This document shows positions 57,330 through 64,000 of a stretch of DNA of 64,000 nucleotides, one piece after another (within the stretch, counting starts at the first letter, position 1; the number at the start of each line of letters is the position of its first letter). The stretch covers positions 6,056 to 70,055 of the forward strand of contig JAGXLU010000006.1 of the NCBI GenBank assembly GCA_018334565.1. Reading direction: 5' to 3'. Source of the stretch: Halanaerobiales bacterium. GTDB lineage: Bacteria; Bacillota; Halanaerobiia; Halanaerobiales; M55B127. Under the pieces are notes generated by a model. It was not told the origin of the DNA and searched no databases. It saw only the letters and a program-made list of their open reading frames with translations. The translations under genes were made by a program, and so were the position numbers.

Positions 57330-59031
57330 CCCTCTTAACTCGGCTTATTGCATCAACCGGACAGACCTCGACACAGGTATTACATCTTGTGCAAATATCA
57401 TTATCTACCACAAAATCATCAGAAATTGCATCAACCGGACAGTTTTTAATACACTGCCTACATTCAATACATGTTTCTTGATCTAAAAAGATATCTACAA
57501 GGTCATTACACTGTAAAGCCGGGCAATGTTTGTCTTTTACATGAGCTAAGTATTCATCTTTAAAGTATCTTAAAGTCGACAGTACAGGATTCGGTGCTGT
57601 TTGACCCAATCCACATAGAGACGCCTCAATAACCTTGGGCCCTAAATCTTCCAAAAACTCTATATCATCCATACTACCTTCGCCTTTGGTTATTTTCTCA
57701 AGTGTTTCTAGCATCCTTTTTGTTCCAATTCGGCAGAATGTACACTTTCCACAACTCTCTTTAGTGGTAAATTCGAGAAAGTACCGGGCAGTCTCAACCA
57801 TACAACGATTACTACCAATTACAATTAATCCACCCGAACCCATAATTGCGCCCAAAGATTCAAGTGAATCATAATCTATTGGGACATCGAAGTGCTCAGC
57901 AGGTATACAGCCCCCGGAAGGACCACCAATCTGGACTGCTTTAACTTCTCCCCGTTGGGCACCACCAATATCATAAACCACTTCTCCGATTGTCAATCCC
58001 ATCGGGACCTCAACTAAACCAGCGTATTTTAAATCTCCCGCCAGAGCAAATAATTTCGTACCTTTAGAATTTTCAGTGCCTAACTCGGCATACTTCTTTC
58101 CACCTTCCTTAATTACAATAGGAACATTGGAAAAGGATTCAACATTATTAATTAAGGTAGGATAACCCTTATATCCCTCATCTGTTGGATAAGGTGGTCT
58201 AAAGCGTGGATTTCCTCTGTTTCCTTCTAAGGAGTGGATCATAGCCGTCTCTTCACCACACACAAAGGCTCCTGCCCCTTCTTTAACCGTTATATCTATA
58301 ACTCTATCATCAAAAACATTGACCTTATGTTCATATATCTGATCAATCGCCTTATTAATATTCTTTACAGCCAGTGGATATTCTGCCCTGGCATATATGA
58401 AAAGTTCAGTCGCACCGGTCGCTAGAGCAGCAATCAACATGCCTTCCAAAACCTGATGGGGTACAGACTCCATCATCGAACGATCCATAAAAGCCCCGGG
58501 GTCACCCTCATCTGCATTACAGATTAGAATCTTTTTCTCTGCTTCTTTAGCTGCAAGAAAACTCCATTTTAAACCGGTTGGGAAGCCCCCTCCACCTCTA
58601 CCTCTTAATCCAGATGTTTTTACTTCTTTTATAATCTCTTCCGGTTGCATCTTTCGGGCTTTTTCAAGGCTTTGATAACCACCGTGCTCTATGTATTCAT
58701 CAAAAGATACAGGATCAATACGTCCGGCCAGTCTTGTTACCTTTAATTTCTCCCGGCTGACCCTTTCATCTCTGAAAGTCATAGCTGAATTTTTATCTAC
58801 ACTCAATATTTTTTCTAAATATTCTTCTGTAGGCTCAACCTGATCAAAAAATATGGATGTTTTTTCTGTCTCTACTTCAACCAGAGGTTCAGCATAACAG
58901 TGTCCTATACAGCCAACCTCTATGATCTCTATATTCTCATCATCGATATTTTGTTGCAAAAATTTTTTTACTTCAGAGGCACCTGCTGCAATTCCACAGC
59001 TAGCCATACCTACTTTTATGCGCTTTATCAT
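57313..59031 (-). CDS. NuoF/HydB-like NADH-binding FMN flavoprotein subunit with extra FeS domains
   Basis: 572 aa. N-terminal thioredoxin-like [2Fe-2S] region, the NuoF core (GRGGGGFPTG, NADEGDPGAF, ESCGKCTFCR), and two C-terminal 4Fe-4S motifs. Confidence 0.85.
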   Translation of the reverse strand: MIKRIKVGMASCGIAAGASEVKKFLQQNIDDENIEIIEVGCIGHCYAEPLVEVETEKTSIFFDQVEPTEEYLEKILSVDKNSAMTFRDERVSREKLKVTRLAGRIDPVSFDEYIEHGGYQSLEKARKMQPEEIIKEVKTSGLRGRGGGGFPTGLKWSFLAAKEAEKKILICNADEGDPGAFMDRSMMESVPHQVLEGMLIAALATGATELFIYARAEYPLAVKNINKAIDQIYEHKVNVFDDRVIDITVKEGAGAFVCGEETAMIHSLEGNRGNPRFRPPYPTDEGYKGYPTLINNVESFSNVPIVIKEGGKKYAELGTENSKGTKLFALAGDLKYAGLVEVPMGLTIGEVVYDIGGAQRGEVKAVQIGGPSGGCIPAEHFDVPIDYDSLESLGAIMGSGGLIVIGSNRCMVETARYFLEFTTKESCGKCTFCRIGTKRMLETLEKITKGEGSMDDIEFLEDLGPKVIEASLCGLGQTAPNPVLSTLRYFKDEYLAHVKDKHCPALQCNDLVDIFLDQETCIECRQCIKNCPVDAISDDFVVDNDICTRCNTCVEVCPVDAISRVKRGEKNG

Positions 59032-59481
59032 TTAATTGTCACCCCGATTCTTATAATCCTTGATTATCTTGAGTAGTTTTTTGCGGTTTAAATTACCATA
59101 TACTTTTCCATTTATACTCACAACAGGAGCCAGGCTGCAACAGCCCAAACAGGCCACAGTTTCCATCGAAAACAGACCATCTTCCGTAGTCTCTCCATCA
59201 TCGATTTTTAGTTCTTCTACTAGCCAGTTTTTCACTCTGCTTGAACCTTTAATATGGCAAGCTGTACCATCACATACAGCTATTTTGTATTTGCCAGGCT
59301 TGGATCTTTTGAATTGAGCATAAAAACTCAATACACCCTCTACTTCAACTACTGGAATTCCGAAATGATCTGATATTTCTTTGATAGCCTGGGTAGAGAT
59401 AAAACCTTTTTCCGCCTGAACCATTTGTATAGCTTTAATTAGGTTACTGCGGTCTTTTTCTAAAGGCTCTAATAATTGCAT
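59032..59481 (-). CDS. NuoE/HydC-like [2Fe-2S] thioredoxin-like ferredoxin subunit
   Basis: 149 aa from the ATG at 59481 (GGAGG 8 nt upstream). CDGTACH and CLGCCSLAPV Cys motifs. The track ORF start at 59532 would overlap xseB. Confidence 0.85.
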   Translation of the reverse strand: MQLLEPLEKDRSNLIKAIQMVQAEKGFISTQAIKEISDHFGIPVVEVEGVLSFYAQFKRSKPGKYKIAVCDGTACHIKGSSRVKNWLVEELKIDDGETTEDGLFSMETVACLGCCSLAPVVSINGKVYGNLNRKKLLKIIKDYKNRGDN

Positions 59482-59509
59482 TTTAAAAACCTCCATCTTT
59501 AATAATATT

Positions 59510-59752
59510 TTATTGTCCGAATTCGTCTTCAAAAGGAACTATTTTTTTTATTTCCTTATCATTTTTAATTAACACTTCAATCTTTTTTTCCGTCTTATTT
59601 AACTCTTCATTACAGTATTTAATCAATTCAATTCCGCGGCTGAACTTCTCGAGAGACTTTTTTAAAGCCAGACCGCCCTCTTCTAAATCATCCACTATTT
59701 TCTCTAGTTCCTCGATAGCATCTTCAAAATTTAAATCTTCTTTCTTATTCAT
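59510..59752 (-). CDS. xseB: Exodeoxyribonuclease VII small subunit
   Basis: 80 aa. FEDAIEELEKIVDDLEEG..L..S...F..G family pattern, downstream of xseA with an 8-nt overlap. Confidence 0.9.
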   Translation of the reverse strand: MNKKEDLNFEDAIEELEKIVDDLEEGGLALKKSLEKFSRGIELIKYCNEELNKTEKKIEVLIKNDKEIKKIVPFEDEFGQ

Positions 59753-60974
59753 CTAAACCACCATTTTCTTCTATTTTCTGTACAGAACTTATAATATCAC
59801 CGTTGATAATAGTTGTTTTAAGTTCTTGACCTACTTCAAGCTGATTAATATCACTGATCAAATTATTTTCTTGATCATATGTAATACTGTATCCCCTTTT
59901 TATAGTCTTTAATGGACTTAAAGCATCTATTTTACTACTCAATATATTGAACCTCTGCCTGCTCTTATTTAAGGTCTGCTCCATTTTGTATTTTAATTCT
60001 CGGCTGAGTTCATCTAAATTTTGCATTTTATCAATAAACAGTTCAGATGGTTTTTTAAATAACCTTCGCTCAGCAATAGAGGCAAGCTTTTTGTGAGCAT
60101 TTTCTATTCTGGTTCGTTGGTTTTGCAAAAGTCTTTTTGATAAGTTATCCAGATGTTTTTCGATTTCTTCCCGATTGGCAATAGCTAGCTCAGCTGCTGC
60201 TGAAGGAGTTGGAGCCCGTAAATCAGCCACAAAATCTGTAATGGTAAAGTCGGTCTCATGACCGACTCCACTAATTACAGGTATTTTAGAGGCATCTACA
60301 GCTCTAACAACTTCCTCTTCATTAAAAGGCCAGAGATCCTCAATAGATCCACCGCCCCTACTTATTATTATTAGATCGATATCTGAACGACTGTTTAAAT
60401 AATCTATGCCCTCTACTATCTGCCGTGAGGCCTGATCACCTTGAACTAAAGAAGGCACAATCAAAATAGATATATTTTCGAACCTTCTGTCTACAACTGA
60501 AAGCATATCACGCACAGCAGCTCCTGTGGGTGAAGTAACAATACCTATTTTTTTAGGTATAAGCGGTATCTTCTTTTTTCTATCCTTATCAAAAAGACCC
60601 TCTTCTTCTAGCTTCTTTTTTAATTTTTCAAAAGCCTGATAAAGTGTACCTTTACCTTCAGGAACTATTTGGTCTGCATAAAGCTGGTATTCTCCTCTAT
60701 CTTTATATATATTAATATATCCATGTACAACGATCTCCATACCTTCTTCTATTTCAAAATCTACTTTTCTGCTCTTATGTCTAAACATAACCGTTTTTAA
60801 CTGGGCATTTTTATCTTTGACGGTAAAGTAGAGATGGCCTGAATTAGCCTGATAAAAATTGGAAACCTCTCCTTTGACCCATAGATCCTGCAGTATTTTA
60901 TCTTGAGTTAAAATGGCCTCCAGATAATTACTAATCTGGCTAACCGAATAGAAGTTATCTATATTATACTCCAT
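59745..60974 (-). CDS. xseA: Exodeoxyribonuclease VII large subunit
   Basis: 409 aa. N-terminal OB fold (VSQISNYLE...VKGEVSNF..ANSGHLYFT.KD), then GIVTSPTGAA.RD and RGGGS.EDLW.FN. Confidence 0.95.
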   Translation of the reverse strand: MEYNIDNFYSVSQISNYLEAILTQDKILQDLWVKGEVSNFYQANSGHLYFTVKDKNAQLKTVMFRHKSRKVDFEIEEGMEIVVHGYINIYKDRGEYQLYADQIVPEGKGTLYQAFEKLKKKLEEEGLFDKDRKKKIPLIPKKIGIVTSPTGAAVRDMLSVVDRRFENISILIVPSLVQGDQASRQIVEGIDYLNSRSDIDLIIISRGGGSIEDLWPFNEEEVVRAVDASKIPVISGVGHETDFTITDFVADLRAPTPSAAAELAIANREEIEKHLDNLSKRLLQNQRTRIENAHKKLASIAERRLFKKPSELFIDKMQNLDELSRELKYKMEQTLNKSRQRFNILSSKIDALSPLKTIKRGYSITYDQENNLISDINQLEVGQELKTTIINGDIISSVQKIEENGGLDE

Positions 60975-61818
60975 GATACTTTCTGGATTTAACAGTATTT
61001 TCCATTAGCATCGCTATCGTCATCGGCCCAACTCCACCTGGAACAGGAGTAATTTTAGAAGCTGCTTCTTTTGCTGTATCAAATTCAACATCTCCCAGTA
61101 GTTTTCCATCTACTCGATTAATACCAACATCAATTACAACTGCACCTTCTTTGATCATATCTCCGGTAATCATTTCAGGTCTACCTACAGCTGCTACTAC
61201 AATATCAGCTCTTTTAGTCTCTGCCTTCAAATCTTTTGTATGGGAATGACAAATTGTAACTGTGGCATGTCTTTCTAATAAAAGGTGAGCAACTGGTTTG
61301 CCTACAATATTACTTCTACCAACTATTGTTGCATTTTTACCATCTATTTCGATTCCTTCTCTTTCCAAAAGTCTAATGATACCAAGTGGTGTACATGCCT
61401 CATATCTTAAGGCATCTTCCTGACCACTAAATAAACGACCGGTATTTATAGGATGGAATCCATCCACATCTTTATCAGGTACTATGGATTCAATCACCTT
61501 TTTTTCCTCAATATGATCAGGTAGTGGAAGCTGTACAAGTATACCATCCACATCTGGATCATTATTTAAATCATCAATAAGATCCAGTAACTCTTTTTCG
61601 CTAATATCTTCTTCTTTTTTAATAAGACTGGAATTCATACCAATCTCTAAGGCTGCTTTTTCTTTCATGCTTACATAAGTTTCTGAAGCTGGATTATTTC
61701 CAACCATAACTACTGTAAGACCTGGTGCCCTGCCTTCTTCTTTTAAATCCGTTATCTCTTCCTTTAGTTCCATTCTAATGTTTTTTGCTATCTGTTTACC
61801 ATCAATAATTTTAGACAT
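60964..61818 (-). CDS. folD: Bifunctional methylenetetrahydrofolate dehydrogenase/cyclohydrolase
   Basis: 284 aa. IIDGK..A, YV.MK, GILVQLPLP, VGRS.IVGKP and PVPGGVGPMT motifs. Confidence 0.95.
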   Translation of the reverse strand: MSKIIDGKQIAKNIRMELKEEITDLKEEGRAPGLTVVMVGNNPASETYVSMKEKAALEIGMNSSLIKKEEDISEKELLDLIDDLNNDPDVDGILVQLPLPDHIEEKKVIESIVPDKDVDGFHPINTGRLFSGQEDALRYEACTPLGIIRLLEREGIEIDGKNATIVGRSNIVGKPVAHLLLERHATVTICHSHTKDLKAETKRADIVVAAVGRPEMITGDMIKEGAVVIDVGINRVDGKLLGDVEFDTAKEAASKITPVPGGVGPMTIAMLMENTVKSRKYHGV

Positions 61819-62356
61819 CTTTATCCCCCTATTTTTTAATATAATTATCTATTTATCTATTCTTGAATATTTATAAATTTCCTTCTTTATAATTAATCTT
61901 ATTGTGAAAGTAATCCTATGTAATTTCAGTTTTTTATAGTTAAAACAATTTAGTAGCAACTTTATTAATTCCATCATAATTTTTTAATAAATATAATCAT
62001 GATTATTACTGAATATGCACGGCTCTTATAATAAGAGGAATGCGCGAATAGTAAGGAAATTGCTTTCTGCTTATCATAATATTAAAGATAAGATAAATTT
62101 AGGAATATTTTTGTGTATTAAAATCTTATAAAATTTAAAATAATTTTTTAAAAAAACTTAAAAGCTACACATGAAATCGGGGCAAAATAATTGATTTTGC
62201 ATGATTTTCTCTGAAGTTTATTAAATAGCCTTTATTTATAAGAATGAAGGATTAAATAATATTTTATTGAATTAAGTCATTAGAACTGTTAAAAAATCTT
62301 GAATAGAAAAATACACCTAGTTTTTTAAAACAAAAAAAAATATAAGGAGGGCTTTT

Positions 62357-62539
62357 TTGAATAAAAAAGAAAAGAACATGTACATTTACTCAATAGTTCT
62401 GTTAATTTTTGCTCTAGTTTTTATTTTTTTGCTGCAGACCGATATATTCTTAAATGTCTATTCATGGCTTTTAGAAAAAATTACCGGACAACCCCCCAAT
62501 ACTTTAATAATTGAGAATTTTATATTAGTTGTTGTTTAA
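62357..62539 (+). CDS. Hypothetical small membrane protein (60 aa, TTG start)
   Basis: An AAGGAGGG ribosome-binding site lies 5 nt before the TTG, and there is one clear hydrophobic helix (YIYSIVLLIFALVFIFLL). It is the only plus-strand ORF call in an 870-bp AT-rich gap. There is no homology evidence. Confidence 0.35.
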   Translation: MNKKEKNMYIYSIVLLIFALVFIFLLQTDIFLNVYSWLLEKITGQPPNTLIIENFILVVV

Positions 62540-62604
62540 CTGTTATATAAATGCTTTATTTGGTATCATTTTAAATTTAAATAAATATCATAAAGATATA
62601 AAAG

Positions 62605-62632
62605 ACCCGGCAAAATAATTTTCTTGTCGGGT
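62605..62632. terminator. Bidirectional-looking hairpin between the small ORF and tRNA-Leu
   Basis: ACCCGGCAA-10 nt-TTGTCGGGT. On the plus strand it has one G.U pair. On the minus strand it has one A/C mismatch but is followed by CTTTTATATC. Confidence 0.45.
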
Positions 62633-62686
62633 TAATGATTTACAAAAGATATTTTGTTACAGCTTTTTAAATTAACAACATAAAAG

Positions 62687-62772
62687 TGGTGCGAAAGAGG
62701 GGACTCGAACCCCTACGCCGGTAAGGCACATGACCCTGAACCATGCGCGTCTGCCAATTCCGCCACTTTCGC
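62687..62772 (-). tRNA. tRNA-Leu (anticodon CAG), type II with long variable arm, CCA encoded
   Basis: Manual cloverleaf on the minus strand. Acceptor GCGAAAG/CTTTCGC, D-arm GCG-GAATTGGCAGA-CGC, anticodon stem CATGG/TCATG with loop TTCAGGG, a variable arm, T-arm AGGGG-TTCGAGT-CCCCT, and discriminator A plus CCA. Confidence 0.9.
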
Positions 62773-62784
62773 ACTTCATTTTAC

Positions 62785-62813
62785 ATTTTATCTCATAATT
62801 AACACAAAGTCAA
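62785..62813 (-). promoter_or_regulatory. Sigma-A promoter of tRNA-Leu
   Basis: The minus strand reads TTGACT-17 nt-TAAAAT (-35 at 62808-62813, -10 at 62785-62790), 12 nt upstream of the mature tRNA 5' end. Confidence 0.65.
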
Positions 62814-63134
62814 CGAAAGTCCTCTTAGCTTCTTCCGATTTTTCTGAAAAATTTTCTCAAATAAAAGCTTTATTGTTTTATAGTTAATGCTTAATACAAC
62901 AAATCTAATTATGATATCAATTCATAAAACTTAAATCATTATCTCTTCTTTTTTTAATCCATCTCCTCTATTATTTCTAGACAATATATCATTTTAAATC
63001 AAAGATATTTTAAATTTATTTTTTTGACAGTCTTTTTATTTATTAACCATCTTATTTTACTGATTTGAAAATTATTTAATTTGTTAAACAAGTTACAGCT
63101 ATTTATAAGCCAACAATATACAATATTAGATAAG

Positions 63135-63147
63135 AATAGTCACTATT
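63135..63147. promoter_or_regulatory. 6-1-6 palindrome just upstream of the Dps-like ferritin ribosome-binding site (Fur/PerR-family-style operator candidate)
   Basis: AATAGT-C-ACTATT, embedded in AGAATAGTCACTATTAT (7-1-7 with one mismatch), 5 nt before AAAGGAG and 20 nt before the ATG. Confidence 0.35.
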
Positions 63148-63166
63148 ATTTAAAGGAGTGATTTAA

Positions 63167-63718
63167 ATGGCAAAAGTTGCACGTAAAATGGTTGAAGATG
63201 CTGGTGTTGATGTAGATAAACTTCTAGAATTGTTAATAAAAAACGCTTCTGCTGAACTAACAACCTATTATTATTATACACAACTGAGATTCAATCTGAT
63301 TGGGTTAGAGGGAGAAGGAATTAAAGAGATTGCTGAGGATGCTAGAATAGAAGATAGAAATCACTTTGAAGCCTTACTTCCCAGAATCTATGAATTGGGT
63401 GGTAAAATACCTAATGATTTAAAGGAATTTCACGATATTTCAGCCTGTCCTCCCGCAAAACTGCCTGAGAACCCGAATGATGCAGAAGAAATTTTAAAGG
63501 TTCTAGTTGAAGCTGAAAGGTGTGCAGTCCGAGGTTATTCTGCAATTTGTGACATGACAGCTGGCAAAGACCATCGTACTTACGATCTGGCTTTATCAAT
63601 ATTACATGAAGAAATTCAACATGAATCCTGGTTCTCTGAATTTCTGGGCGAAGGTCCTTCCGGTCATTTTTCTCGCGAAGGCAAAAACTCACCCTTTGTT
63701 TCCAAATTTTTAGAATAA
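63167..63718 (+). CDS. Ferritin-like diiron protein of the Dps-like (DPSL) type
   Basis: 183 aa with four-helix-bundle ferroxidase-type ligand blocks (AELTTYYYY, EDRNHFE, AERCAVRGY, HEEIQHESW). Its length and sequence resemble the archaeal/anaerobe DPSL proteins. Confidence 0.7.
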   Translation: MAKVARKMVEDAGVDVDKLLELLIKNASAELTTYYYYTQLRFNLIGLEGEGIKEIAEDARIEDRNHFEALLPRIYELGGKIPNDLKEFHDISACPPAKLPENPNDAEEILKVLVEAERCAVRGYSAICDMTAGKDHRTYDLALSILHEEIQHESWFSEFLGEGPSGHFSREGKNSPFVSKFLE

Positions 63719-63759
63719 ATTAATATAGATAAAACCGAATAGTTACTTTAATTATTCAA

Positions 63760-63795
63760 CCCTTATCTACTTTAATAAGTGGATAGGGGCTTTTT
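63760..63795 (+). terminator. Intrinsic terminator after the Dps-like gene
   Basis: CCCTTATCTAC-8 nt-GTGGATAGGGG (11 bp, two G.U pairs) followed by CTTTTT. Confidence 0.65.
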
Positions 63796-64000
63796 ATATC
63801 TATATTAGCCTTAATATAAACTAAATTCAGCATTTAGTTAATAAGTCTGACTCTTCTTATATTGATTAAATAGGCAATAAAGTTTATTCCGGTTGATGGT
63901 ATTTAATACAATAAATATAAAATAGCAACAAATTTAATAGTCTAATTTCAATATTTATAATTAGTTTAAAATTTTTAAAATTGTTTTAACATGATTGCTA

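Noticed and set aside
61819-62100. A ZTP (pfl) or THF riboswitch upstream of folD
   Set aside because: The region is almost devoid of G and C. The conserved GC-rich cores of these riboswitches (for example the CCGCCTGGG-like pseudoknot element of ZTP) are absent on the minus strand.
1-64000. CRISPR arrays, rRNA genes, intact IS or integrase genes, toxin-antitoxin pairs and known defence systems
   Set aside because: I saw no regularly spaced direct repeats, no rRNA-like GC-rich conserved blocks and no transposase, integrase or recombinase ORFs. The only mobile-element trace is the IscB relic reported above.

Overview
A 64-kb, AT-rich chromosomal segment (GC looks like about 30%) that appears to come from a low-GC anaerobic Firmicute. 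It looks Clostridia- or Halanaerobiales-like, but the taxon is only a guess. Every gene from 1 to about 62.8 kb is on the minus strand; the only plus-strand calls are one weakly supported small ORF inside that stretch and, at the right edge, a Dps-like ferritin that diverges from a tRNA-Leu. Most of the content is core housekeeping, in gene orders well known from Bacillus and Clostridia. The recognisable blocks are:
- queG, an NSS transporter, and a small-subunit ORF the track misses
- a pgsA-mtaD-UPF0182-M16 peptidase pair operon
- queT-rnhB-rbgA-rplS-SPOUT-trmD-rimM-KH-rpsP-ffh-ylxM-ftsY-smc
- spoVS, rluB, scpAB, a site-2 protease and a DHH-CBS-CCA fusion protein
- a nucleoside salvage cluster and galE
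- an M29 aminopeptidase, a DUF2089 pair, EndoQ and Nudix
- a sigma-54/BkdR-type branched-chain amino-acid fermentation operon that uses a ferredoxin oxidoreductase
- argF, spo0A, recN, argR, nadK, tlyA, dxs and ispA
- a NuoE/NuoF/GltD-like flavin-based electron-bifurcating (Bfu) type module
- xseBA and folD

I found no CRISPR array, rRNA, intact mobile element or obvious defence island. The least ordinary items are:
- a decayed IscB (OMEGA nuclease) pseudogene in an ORF-free gap, invisible to the ORF track
- the Bfu/Stn-like redox module inserted into the conserved folD-to-dxs operon
- replacement of the BCKDH complex by a 2-oxoacid:ferredoxin oxidoreductase inside a Bacillus-like bkd locus
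- several poorly characterised gene pairs

I cannot point to a clearly novel system with confidence. The candidates are ranked honestly in the findings.
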